64,000 nucleotides of DNA from Balanoglossus misakiensis (taxonomy: Eukaryota > Animalia > Hemichordata). Made by a program: the position numbers and the translations under genes. How positions within the stretch are numbered: the first letter of the stretch is position 1; each line of letters opens with the position of its first letter. The stretch covers positions 5,225,434-5,289,433 of the forward strand of contig CM082593.2 in NCBI GenBank assembly GCA_040954595.2, given 5' to 3'. Below the pieces are notes generated by a model. The model searched no databases and was not told the DNA's origin. It was given only the letters and a program-made list of their open reading frames with translations. Positions 38,601-50,952 of the stretch are shown piece after piece.

Positions 38601-41600
38601 TACTGCCAGTCGGATGAGCTTTATTGATAAATATTGAGCAGAAGTTCTTGAATGAAAAAATGCAACCTTTATTTTGCAGTGTGCTGAACGCCACATAAAT
38701 GTTTCACGTCAAAATATTCGCCAGTAAAATCAAAGTCAGTTATACTATATTCACTTATTATTTATTTAAACATCATATAGGCGGTTCCTTTGTTCCAAAT
38801 TATATCCTTTTTGGAAGAGATAAGAAGAGATTATAAAATTTGCTCTCAAGCTATGTTCATTAAATTAATGCACTAAGTTTACCGGGACACACCAACTCAC
38901 CGATTCATCACATTTATGCAAAAAAATCGACATTCGTTCATCATTGCACCGAATTGTGTTTATAGATCGAGATACATGTAATAAATTTCTCATAAAAAAA
39001 CTCTTGAAGCTGGATAATATCTCCCCGTCCTTCTGTCTTCCAATTTTATCCGGTTCACAAGAAAGTACCGTTCGAGAAGCTAATCAGACTCATAAAGATA
39101 CCATTAATATATGAATTACAAATTCCTTCCTAAACTATCAAAAGTACTTTTAAAGGTCTAATATTTCATAGATAAGCAACCCTTTCTTTACAAGTCCCCA
39201 GGGCGTCTGTAGAGGAACACGTTGCGTCGTCGTGTGTACCCAAGGCATTCTCTGCGGTCTACTCCACTGGGGCAAATAATTTTATTCATATATGATGGAT
39301 GGATTGAAGCTTTATCTTCAGTCTATCTTCTCGCGTTGTGTCTCCAACGAACCGTGGCAGAAAAAAAGGCACGTTTGCATAGCCAGATATACAAAGGAAT
39401 CGGCAACTTCTCTCAAGAGCCCAGGCGGACAGACACCTCACCACGAACCAAATTTTTCTAGGATTACTGGCTTGCCGAAACACGATAGGTATGTTATCTT
39501 GGTTTCACGGCAGTGGCTATGTCCTTCATACTGTATCTGTGTTTTTTTTATATAAGTAATGGAACGGTGGGAACAATGTTATGGGGTGTGTGGTGGCACT
39601 GGAGTCTGTATGTATGTATACAGCACGGTTGTCGAATATTAGAGCAAATCACCCTGCCTATAGTATACACTGTCTTCTTGTGGTTCTGCCAAGCATTGCA
39701 CGTTGAACTTGTAAGCCATTGGCCTTACACACAATGCTGGTGTTTCCTAATTTCATCGCACATTTCTCGACATCTGAGTTTCAGAGTCAAGGTAACAGTG
39801 TCCTTACAATAATCTGTATTTAATTCCAATGTTTCATTTCGACTGCCCTCCAAACCCCTTCGACTTTTAAACCGAGCCATACGTGTTGGGAGACAATGCG
39901 GCATACCCTTCATTTTACGGGAAAACAATTCCAGCAGTTAATGGAACGAAAATTCACACCTTTTAATTTCCAGCTCATTTCTCAGCGCATAATGCAGATC
40001 ATGTCCCTTGAGAGCGAAATGAGAGAAAGCACATTTAAATGAATTTAACTTCGAAAGGAGATTTCCCTTTGCTTTTCCTAAAGTTAATATGTCATTCGAA
40101 ACGAAACTATTGACAAAAGAATGATTCAAATGTGTAGTTGTGTTTTTCAGAGTGAAATACGTAAATGCATGGTATAGCCCAGTACATCCTTACATTCCCT
40201 CCCCCGCCAGTTGCAAAGCTTCCCCATCTCCCCTTTGAATCTCCCGTTTGTTTCATGGCTTTTCGAAGAATCATCTCAAGCCTATGTTCTAGCTGTGCAC
40301 TCTCGGTTTTTTAACATCTTGTGACGCACACATAGTCCTTAACTATTGGGAATCTTAAGATCTTAAATATTAGAATATGATAGTCAGAAAGACAAAAGTA
40401 AAACAATTTGTCGTCCAATTTCTAAAATCATCTTGATGATATTCTCTGTAGTGAAGAGAATTGTTTCACTTCGGGGCTTTCTCTGTTTTCAGCAATACAC
40501 GGAATTGTGGGATATCTCACGTACGGTATTCTGTAGTACGTCAAAGCGAATACCACAAACGGTTCACCATCGCGTCATGTCGTGTTGTCATGCCGAATAT
40601 ATTATTGGTGATACTTTTAATTTGTGAAATCGATTTCACGGCATTTTGCACGATTTGTTGGTGTTGTTCATTCTGCTGCTGGCGTTTTTTTTTGCAACGT
40701 TGGCCACGCCTACAACGCAGTATACATGTACAGAAGCCACGACAGGTCAACAAGAAGTCAACATGGCCGCCGAATGTCTTCCTTTCCTTAAAGACTGACC
40801 ATCCATGCAACTGTCTTTGATTATTTCGACCCCACATTTCCGAGTACATTTGTACTTAAATAGTGTGACTGCAAGGTGACACTCAGCTCAGATTCGTGAA
40901 GGTTATTTTTTCGCTCGGTATCAGATCATCATTAGGAATCTGTCTTTAACGAAAAACACGACAAAAGAAAGCGATTTTGAAATGTTTCCCATGAAGTGCT
41001 TCTATGGACGGGGAGTCTTGTTTTTCATTAGCTCAAACCACCCACGTTGCGTTGTGTCCTCGATTTTTTTGCGACAGAAATAACCCAGGGGTTGAATGAC
41101 TCGCTCACTCCTTCAATTCCCGCTGTTGATTATATCTCACGGCGAGCGGGGGGGGGGGGGGGGGGGGGGGACACAAATCATGAATATTAGTCCTGAATAT
41201 TTGCATGTCTCCCCCACACAGTTTACGATTTCAAAACCGAATCGCCATGAAAGGTAAACAAAATCTGATATGTCTTGGAAGATTTTGAGGATTATTCTAG
41301 TGATTGATATTGAGCGAAAATTCCGCACGTGTGATACATGTCCGGTTTATACATTTCTCACTGTCTCCTCAAGCGAATTGCACCCTGTCTGATACCGCCC
41401 GATTCGACAGAATCAAATGACTTCAAGAAATTAGGTGAGATTTTCGCGAAAAGGTGTAGGCTATGAAGGAAACACTTGAGCTGCAAAATTCATCCACCTT
41501 GAACTTAAATGTTTTCAGAATCTGTTTTCTCACTGGTTCTCATCAAGGTCTCTTGGAGAAAATTACAAAAAAACATGAGCGGGGGGGGGGGTAATGACCT

Positions 41601-41843
41601 GTTATCTATAAAAAAAATGCGTAACAATTCTAATACTATGGTTATAATCAAATATATTTTTATTTAGCCCTGTGGACAATCATTCTTCTAATTTCAAATG
41701 ATATTCAAACGCTGGACAGCCATGTAAAATGTAGATTTCTTCCAAATGATGGTTTTACAATACACACGGTTTCCTTCGGCGATTCATTTCATGAAAACCG
41801 CCCATTTAGTTTTCCAATTGCAAACATGCGAAAACAGTACCCA

Positions 41844-41907
41844 TATAAAGCTATCGGAGCAAACGACAAAAATTGAATGTCCCTCTCAACTTTAATCACG
41901 TCATATA
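41844..41907 (+). promoter_or_regulatory. Putative TATA box (TATAAAG 41844-41850) and non-coding exon 1 of prepropeptide E
   Basis: TATAAAG, then donor GTGAGTA at 41908; same layout as genes B and D. Confidence 0.4.
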
Positions 41908-42198
41908 GTGAGTATATTATTTACATGGTGCGATGTATGGTTGATGTGTCGTTGTATTGTAAACTGTGGGTCTATGACTCACGTTGACAATGCCACGGTG
42001 ACACGCTAGGTGTGACCCTGGTTTGCCAGTCATTATCGCGGTGAAGCCTACACGATGCACTCGCACACGCATGCAGTTGATAGGTAAATTTCCATTGCCT
42101 CATCAACCGACTCTTTTTTTCACGTCAAATATGCAAAGCATGTAATTTTACTTCTGGTTGTTCACGAGTACTCCCACGCCTTAGCCCTCAATCGACCA

Positions 42199-42516
42199 CC
42201 CAAGTAGTAATTTCAATCAACCAACCAACCAACCAACCAACCAACAAACCAACCAACCAACCAGTCAATCAGTCAGTCAGTCAGTCAGTCATGCGATTAT
42301 CGCTTTTCCACATAGCAATTAAATTATTTCAATCCCAAGTAGTAATTTCAATCAATCAACCAACCAACCAACCAACCAACCAACCAACCAACCAACCAAC
42401 CAACCAACCAACCAACCAACCAACCAACCAACCAGTCAGTCAGTCAGTCAGTCAGTCAGTCAGTCAGTCAGTCATGCGATTATCGCTTTTCCACATAGCA
42501 ATTAAATTATTTCAAT
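42199..42516. repeat. Tandem duplication of a (CCAA)n-(AGTC)n compound microsatellite with its unique flanks
   Basis: Units 42199-42333 and 42334-42516 both read CCCAAGTAGTAATTTCAATCAA-(CCAA)n-(AGTC)n-ATGCGATTATCGCTTTTCCACATAGCAATTAAATTATTTCAAT. Confidence 0.95.
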
Positions 42517-42527
42517 ATATTTCAGAC

Positions 42528-42884
42528 ATGTCACAGTTCGTTATCTTCAGACATTTCCTGCTTCTTGCCCTGTGTATCGCACAGTCCGTGTCGATGTCAC
42601 GCTCTGAAAACTATGGAATCGTTGGGTATGACCGCTTGCTGGCGCTGTCCACGGACAACGAGTTCGCTCCTCAGGCTGAGGATACGGCCGCAGACGGCGG
42701 GTTTGCTTTCACCTACAATAGCGACAAAGGGGCGGATTTCAAGTCGTCGTTCCCCGATCTAACGCCACCGATGATTCGTCGAGCGATGAAGATGCGTCCC
42801 TGCAGCCACTGCAACAGCAAATCGTGTAAATCGTCTGCCTGTGTGATGTTCTGCAAAAAATTCTGTGCTCGCCCGAGAAGTTAA
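42528..42884 (+). CDS. Secreted Cys-rich prepropeptide E (118 aa, 6 Cys in mature part, cationic tail)
   Basis: Acceptor tttcag|AC-ATG. Signal [22 protein letters not shown], acidic pro-region, RR site, tail [39 protein letters not shown] at 43229. Confidence 0.87.
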   Translation: MSQFVIFRHFLLLALCIAQSVSMSRSENYGIVGYDRLLALSTDNEFAPQAEDTAADGGFAFTYNSDKGADFKSSFPDLTPPMIRRAMKMRPCSHCNSKSCKSSACVMFCKKFCARPRS

Positions 42885-45800
42885 ACCGGAGCTGATTGGC
42901 TAGCTTGACTGCGACTACTTCGTTTTAGAAATGCCGACAGAATAGGCTAGAAAGTTCATCTTATTTTCCTTTAATTGTGTTAGATGTATTACTGTAGTTG
43001 GAAACTGCACGATATTCTTATATGCTTGGACTCGTTCGTGATTACGGTCGGTTCCTGTCATCGTGTTGTCGTCCTCTCGCAAATTGTAATGTTAAGTTTA
43101 AATGGGCCAAAGGAATATAAAACATTTTAATGTGTTTTTTTGCCCAAGACATTGGCTTTTGCCAGAATTGTTATTTGATACTTCTTATGTGAGTTACACA
43201 TGATCCATTTTATATTCTTAATCACAGCAATAAAGAGTTCAGTGCACTGTTGATGTGTGTATGTGCTTGTCTTTCTTGGGGCAAGCTGTTCGACCTTAGC
43301 TGCTGCGAAAACTTGACGCCAAATGCGCGTGCGCAGGCCTGAAACAGTCAGACATCGTGTAAAGAAGAAATAAACCAGTATTCCCTTATTGAGGGCGGTG
43401 TACAACCAGATAACACATCGAGGTAAAAACAGCCCGGCTTTCGGTCGTTGGTGGCGGTATGAATGGTTCGTTGCCGTGGTCCCCAAGAAAACGAAAACTC
43501 TTTCAGTTTCTTTGGCAAAACAAGGTGGCAACCTTTGCCTAGCGCCTGTGAAACACACGGGAAACGTTTTTTTTTCATCAGACTCCATCCTGTCAGCCAA
43601 AGCATGGTGGCAGAATGTGGAATCAAAGAGAGACATATGTACAGAGAAGTCTTCCGAAATATGTGTTGCAATCTTTTGTGTGTTTTGCAATTGAATGTAT
43701 CCATAGATATAGTTATGCTATTGCCTCTGAGCACATAGAGCAAGAGCGCTCACTGCGTAAGAGTTAAATTTGCTATTAGGGAAATACGGTTGCCGTAGCC
43801 TCCAAGGCCTAAATGTTTACCATGGTACTAGCGCTGTTTCGCAATGTTTAATACATTATAAAGCTTTTATCCGAGGTCTACACAAAGATATATCCTCGAG
43901 GGATTACCAGGCGTTCTCTGGTGTGCCGTGGTTTCTTCCGAACTTCCTGAAAGTATCATCAATAATTTCTCTGTTCTGAAGATTATGGCTTTGTCGGTCA
44001 ACTGTGTTAACGCTGGTTCGTCCTTGTCTGAACTGTTGTGAACGTTCTACATGTAAGTGTATACCGGTAGACTTGGGTATGCGCCCACAAAGTCTCGAGC
44101 CACTGACAGGATATGAGTACGTCAAGTGTTCATAATGTTCTCGCGTGATCTGACCAAAACTCAGTCCGACCGTTAATCCACGAGGCCGTAGCCAACTCGC
44201 TTTTGGCGGCGGCCATATTGAGCTTGCAAGTTGTGAATAATTAATCACTTAAAATCAAATTAAGGTGGGCAGGCAGGTAGGAGACAGCGAATGTCACACC
44301 GTATATATCTAAATACGAGACAGTACAGCTATATATGTGTACACGCAGATTTACGGGAGCACTGAGAGATACCGGGTAACGATGATCCGGAAGATTTCAG
44401 GAGTTTTGCGAGACATGATAAGTGAAATAGAGATATACGCGCGACTTATCGCTGCAAAGGCGGGAGTTTAATGTTTGAGACATCAGTTGCTTGTGGGTAT
44501 ACGTCTCGATATATGTGGCAAACCGTTGATGCGTTAACGTTTCAGGCCATTTATGACATATGTCTTACGGATCTGTCTTACGACTTTATCGTGTTGAAAT
44601 CTCCCACACGACAGAATTAACGGCCGTTTATGCACCTACGCACGCTCGCTCGGATGCGCTTTACAGAAGAAAAAAACCGAGACAGGATCCAAATTTTAGG
44701 AAGTCAAAGATGTTTTAGTAGTCTCCTATGCATCATTAAAATAGGCAATATCGGACAGATCCGGTTTGTCGCGTTGGGCACAATATTTTTGCAGTATTCT
44801 ACCATCAAAATAAAACGTGTCTTTCAAAATGAACGTTATTTCAGTAACAGAGATGTTCTGCTATATAACGTGGAGTTATGTACACTGAATAACATATTGC
44901 CTTTGAAATTAGTTTTTAACTTTAGTTAATCTTGGTGTCATTTTGCACCGCTGGGCAGCAGCATAAAAGATCACTAATGTCGCAAATGTAGGAAAACTAG
45001 GTTAGCGCGCTCAAGGATTTCAATCAGAGGTCGCGCCCTTATCGCGAAGATGATTTGCCTCTTCCGCGTCAGTTCCTTAATCGGATGAACATTCTCTTCC
45101 CTATTTACGTTACCATCGCCAGAAAATCACAGACAGATGGTGTACAATTCGAAACGGCACCATAATCCGCGCTTTTTAGTGCCGTTTGCTCGATCTAGTC
45201 CATCACAGGATGATCTGCGAATCTCTAAAATTCCTAATGGAGGAATTAGGCAACTCTGAAGTATATACGTCACGTCACCCACTCTTACTCAACTGTACGC
45301 ATGCGTAGAGTTAAAATGAAGTGTAGGTCGAAGAAGGTAACATTGTGCATTGTGTAGGAAAGATTAAACATCATAAAGTCTCCGCTACGTATTGATTCGC
45401 GATCGCCTAAATTATTTAGACATCGTTAAAGTTTATGAGTCTCAGACTACACTGGCCGTGCACAGTAACTGAAACGACGGTGAGAAAAAAAATACATTCC
45501 AGGCACGGGGATCCCGGACCAAACGGACTAGTTTTCAGCAAATTAAAATTTCCACTTGTGCGAATAGACTGTTTCTGCTCAGTTCGAGATCTCGCGAGAC
45601 TTGGTTAATTATCGTAGCTAGCAACGGGTTGGTAGCCAAAAAATACAAACAAAGCTTTGTGAGCCTTACATGTAGTTACTGCACAAGCTAGATGACTTTG
45701 CCCTTCCCAGGGGAAAAAAACTGGAAAAAAATTAATGACTGTATCGATTTTCCTGGGGAATTAATGTAATCGGCAGATTCTTTAGATTCCACTCAGCAAA

Positions 45801-47881
45801 AGCCATTTCGGACACATTTATTGGCAATCTCTGGAAAATTGGGAGTCCGATTAATGTTTTTTTTTTTATTATAGCGTCGATGATTAAGGCCAAAAGCGTC
45901 ATTTTCGGGGATTACCCTGACATGTCACATCGACCTCATAAGAGTGTGGAGTTGGGGTACAAGCACACACGTCTCCCATCCTCTTCGCTGATTGTAAAAT
46001 GATGCAAACCCAATGTCAAATCAGCCGACGGAATCTAGAACTGTCAGAGGGCGGTAAAATATGGATTGCTGTAGTTCACATTTCATATCTCTATCTGATA
46101 ACGTTCGCCCTCCATTCTTGAAATGAGGTCAACGCCACATACTTAGCGAGAACGGTACGTTATCACCTTAAAATACCGAAGATCGGCTTACGACTTTTCT
46201 GTAAAACCTGCAACAAACCGGAGAATGAAGATGGCTATAAATGATAAATCTTATAGGAAATGCGAGGCGGCTCCCTTTATGATGGTTATGTACAGTACAA
46301 TATCTCCGTGCCCTTATTCTTAGGATACAATTTGACATTAAACTTTCAAGGTCTAATATACCACTTCCCCCAAAAAGCTAAAATTCATATAGAGTATACA
46401 CAGAGAAATAAATTATTCAGAAATTAAAGTCCAGCGAAAGTCTTCGTCATCTGTACTCTCAACTCGGGTAAAGATAAATTAGACTTACTAATACGCCGGT
46501 TAGCCTACCAATTTCTTCCACCATAATCCATGCATGAAAGAAAATCACTTCCAAGAAATTTTAGAGAACTTTTTACAGAATCTACCATGTATTTCTGACC
46601 CTCAAGTAAAATGTATGAATTTACTTTGATACAACGTGACCCATTTCAGAGATGTAGTGACTTCTTTCTGAGAACCCTACTTCACAACTCATATATAATC
46701 TATAGATAGGAAACAGGCACAATTACTCTTTATGCAACACACTCTCACTACTATACAGCAATCGCCAAACCGGCGGTGTCCAATCTTTTAAAACCAATTT
46801 CCGGTGGCTGTCATTCGGAATGAAAGATATTTCGAAAATGGCATGCAGAGACATACTGCTGACATGTAGATAGTGACGGCTAGGTTACATTCTGTAAGTA
46901 GTGCGTCTAATAGATCTCATTGCTTTATCAAATTCTTGATTACCCCGTAGTTCTCCAATATTATAAATGAGCTGATTTGGGAGCCCGGTAGATAACCCCT
47001 AAATACCTTTATCTAGGGTCAAAATCGAATACGTGTGGTTCTTGTTGGGTCAGGTATGGCGTCTGTATAGTGAGGCGCCGTCTCCCTGGTTGTTTGCAGT
47101 GTGCGAGTTCCTTTCGAAATGCTGGAGAACTTTACAAAATGATACGAATTCGCGCATGCTCTAGGTTGTTTGGGCGCGAAACATTTGCTAATTGGAGATT
47201 TTGGAGACAGGTCTTGTACATCGACGTCCTTGCTACGCGAATCTGTATAGCGTCGGTATGTTAATAATGACGGGCATCATCTTAGCTTGCCGAGCATATA
47301 TATCTCGAGAAAGTCGCCAGGAAGGCGATCCTATCATTACAACGGCGCCTGTTATTTGGATTGTGATGTCACTGTCTTTAAAATATTTACCCGAAGCAGG
47401 TTCGCTCTATATCCTTAGAAACACAAGTCAGACACTGAGATGAAAATCTGAAGCTTGGCCTTACCGTGTGTCTGTTAATACTTAGAACCAAGACTGTTTA
47501 GCACCCAAAGTCAATCTGATAGAGATCACTTGATAACACAGAATAGGAAATTTCTTTGAGAAGCTAAACGCAATTAAAATCGTTCCCCAACATCCCCGAA
47601 TCACACTTATCCCACATTACATGACTGTACGTATTAAACATTTCGAAAGAAATACTTTAAAAACTTCATTATTATTAATGAAGTGCATTTAACTATGTGT
47701 AAAAATAATTTTACTCAGGGCAGCTTTTATACTTTTGTTTGAAGCAAAAATAACGGCATCCGATCCAACAAAGGTAATGCATAGGAGAATTTAAGTGATG
47801 TAAAACATTGATATCAGAAATGTTGCCGCAATGTACACGCATCATCAGATGAGATCAAAGTATAGCCCTAGAGGGTGTCCT

Positions 47882-48118
47882 ATTAAGGTAGTATTCACCG
47901 CGGGGACAAATTTTCAGAAAAAAATGATAGGCCTCCAAACCTTTCAATTCTTTGCTATTATTAAAGTGGGCGGGGAGTCCTTTTGAAGACATAGAAGACT
48001 TCGTGTTCACCGCCTTGCTTTCATAAAATCGTTACTTTAAATTTTCTCCATACAGTTAACACAGATATTGGCGGCCATTTTGAATGTCAAATTTGAGACA
48101 ATTTCGCTTTCTCATTCA
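47882..48118. mobile_element. Fragment of the same TTAA-flanked non-autonomous transposon family as 27925-28090
   Basis: Starts TTAAGGTAGTATTCACCGCGGGGACA and contains an inverted copy of the 27996-28080 segment. Confidence 0.6.
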
Positions 48119-48784
48119 ATATTTTGCACAGTGAGGGAAATGAAAAGATGACATAAAATAGTCCTGAAATTGGAAACAGTAAATACTGACAACAGTAAAT
48201 CTACAGAGGCCTGTGTTTGTTGAAAGCAACGAGAAATCAATAAATATTTTGCGGATCAAGGGTTATCATGAAAATGCCAACAACATTTAATTTGTAATGC
48301 CATCATTACCTGGACAACTGTTCCTTCTTTAACGAGGATAGGAAAAGCCAAATTAAGAGTGGATCTGTCGGCGCTGAGTAGTATAATACGAATTACCGGG
48401 AGACCGGCACCAATGGTGTTTGCCAGGCACAAACTATTAAAGTTTTACGGGCGCAAGCTATATAACAAACGAGCTGATACCATCGGTGATCCCATCTCAT
48501 ATCGTTTTATGAGATAAATAATGCAGGCTTGAGGTGTGCGTATGTACGAAGCAGTCACGACGTGAGCGGGAAAAGGGTTCGCATGTCGACCGAAATAGTT
48601 CATCGATCCGCGCATCGCGGCTTGTCGATAAAGCGTCGGAGACAGTGGTTTACGACGAGCGATTTATATCGTATCTGTACGCGTTCTGGTTATCGCCACG
48701 ATCACGTATCACAGACCAAGCAGGGGAGAAAATAGCAGCTCAAAAATACAGCCGTAATTACCGCAGCAGTGCAATCTCTGTCTA

Positions 48785-48860
48785 TACCAAGTACCCCTGT
48801 CTACTTGGCGGAGAGGAGAAATGAAAAGTAAAGTGCCTTACTCAAGGCCCCATCACTAGA
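48785..48860. mobile_element. Possible degenerate SINE remnant
   Basis: GGCGGAGAGGAG...GTAAAGTGCCTTACTCAAGG resembles, from memory, the GTAAAGTGTCTTGCCCAAGG motif common in invertebrate SINEs. Short and diverged. Confidence 0.3.
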
Positions 48861-50087
48861 ACGACCAGACAGACTTTGAGCTGTTAACCACTTGAACTAT
48901 GCGCCACTCAAGATCAGGAAATTTGCATCTGGAAATGGGAGACAGAATGATGTTAACAGGTTCTGTCGCCGTAGAAAGAAACTAGAACTGCTCCAAAAAT
49001 AGAATTAAACGGTGACTGTTTAGATGACCATCACTACCTATTAGTGAGTGCCATCATCATCTATTTCATTGAAATCATAAAAAAGATCGCGCCCCTTCGA
49101 ATTCAAGTTTACATTCTTGACCAAGTAAGCAAACTCGATGGTCAAAAATCACTGAAAACAGAACATTCCAAATTTTGGCGCTAACCATTGCGTCCTGGTG
49201 TTCTTTAATCTTCCGTTAACATTATGAGCGCATATGTAGTGAATTATTAGCCATACTAATTGCCCTTGCAATATTACAGACATGATCACAACATAGCGTC
49301 CTGTTATGTGTACGTATACCATCAGTTCAAGAAAGAAAGAAAAAATCACCTATTTATCGCAGTAAATTGTATATCTAACCAACATTTTCAGGCGAAGAAC
49401 GGCATCTAGGAAATTTTCTTGTTTTATAATAGAAGGAGCTGAAGGCATTTCCTTTTTTCTTTTACGAAAATCTGATCGAAGATGCCCAGAAAAAATAATG
49501 ATAATCTTCAATACTGTCTTCGAGGCGATTACAATTTTAAAAGAAAGCATACTAAGTGGGGTTTCCGTGCTCGCTCTTCGTGGCGTTCATGAGGGGGGGG
49601 GGCACCCTCGCGGTCAAACGTGATTAGTTTTTCGGTGGAACCATAGCGACTTCCCATTTGCTGAGCTTCCATTCGCGGACCGCCTGCAACCATACTTGGG
49701 TTCAGGACGGCCCTCCGTGGATTTGAGATCCCACTAATGAGGCTTGGTCGAATAACAAGCGCCAAGCACGCGCCGACACCCGGGAAATGCATTCTGGTCA
49801 TATAATTTTCAGACTTGGCTCGTCAAGTCGTAGAAATGACTGTTATGTGCCAAGTATTGATTACGGACGATGGGTTTCACCACTTATAATAGCCATATTT
49901 CAGTATGCCCCTTCTATACTTTGTAAATATATTTTTTTCCCAATATTATAACGTTGTGTGATCGCAGTATCCGAGCGGTCTTGACATCATTCAAAAAGTT
50001 TGCGTCTCACTAGCACGGCACGGATTTCAATGAGATGATCTGATTTTCGTTCAGCTTTTGATATCATACTGAGAATTATGTATACGT

Positions 50088-50952
50088 TGTTACGTAGGTT
50101 CAGTCGGCTATTGTTTTGTGACCAGGTGTGTTTTTCGTGTGCTTTTCGTGTGCGTTTCGTTTGCTTTCTTTATTTGAATATTTAAGTGACCAGGTGTGAT
50201 GAATTAATTTTTGGCTAGTATAAAAGCCCGCTCGTTGCCACGTTGTGGGGGTGGATGTTAATTTGACCTGGAGGACGTGCTGCTCGTTTGAACCGTCTTG
50301 GAAGCTGTGGCTGCTCTTCTGAACAAGTTGTAAGTCGTGCTGTTTCGTGTGGAGCGGGCTTTTGAAGCGGACTTTTGTGGAGCAGACTTTTGCGGACTTT
50401 TGTGGAGCAGACTTTTGCGGACTTTTGTGGAACCAGTTGGAGCTGGACTTTTGCCTGGACCGCCGTGTCGCTGTGACTACGCTGAACTGCCGCCGAGTTG
50501 GAGCTGTCGGTGTGTCTACGCTGAACTGCCGCCGAGTTGGAGCTATCGCTGTGTCTACGCTGAACTGCCGCCGAGTTGGAGCTGTCGCCGTGTCGCTGTG
50601 TCTACACTGAATTATCGCCGAGTTGCTGTGTCTACGTGTCCTCCGTCAAGTCAGCGGAACGTTCTAGCGGACATTGGACTTGTTCTGTTTCAGTTTATGC
50701 ACACCTGGTCACGTTTAAAAAGGTAGTTCACTTGTTTCTTGTGTGTTTCTTTAGTTTATAATATTTAATGTTCACGATTACTTTAGTTATTATTAAATTC
50801 GTTATAAATAAGGTGATTTGCTGGTTGTTGTGACTTTTGTTGACCAACTTTGTTGCGTGCGGCGCTGGTTTGGTTCCTTACAAAGTACGCCATCCGGCTA
50901 GTGTGTTTATTGCTCGCCCTGTTTCGGCTGGAACGGCCAGCGTGTCGTAACA
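50088..50952. mobile_element. Solo LTR (865 bp), probably Gypsy/Ty3-type
   Basis: Termini TGTTACG...CGTAACA form a perfect 7-bp inverted repeat with TG..CA ends, flanked by the ACGT duplication (50084-50087 and 50953-50956). TATAAAAG at 50219; internal tandem repeats; no gag/pol. Confidence 0.85.
50367..50640. repeat. Tandem repeats inside the solo LTR: 25-bp unit (50367-50430) and 39-bp unit (50471-50640)
   Basis: GCAGACTTTTGCGGACTTTTGTGGA x~2.5, and GTGTCTACGCTGAACTGCCGCCGAGTTGGAGCT.TCG.T x~3 plus partial copies. Confidence 0.9.

Noticed and set aside
40541-40849. Minus-strand ORF with a CRGFCTCILRCRRGQRC Cys/Arg cluster
   Set aside because: No signal peptide, Cys cluster is internal, and no convincing splice sites.
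42291-42527. N-terminal QPTN/QSVS-repeat extension of ORF 42291-42884
   Set aside because: It is intronic microsatellite; the real start follows the acceptor at 42525.
49960-50030. CCGAGCGGTCT, resembling a tRNA A-box
   Set aside because: No B-box (GTTCGA) and no cloverleaf.
50337-50761. ORFs with 13-aa Cys-containing repeats
   Set aside because: They derive from 39-bp tandem repeats inside the solo LTR; no signal peptide or splice support.
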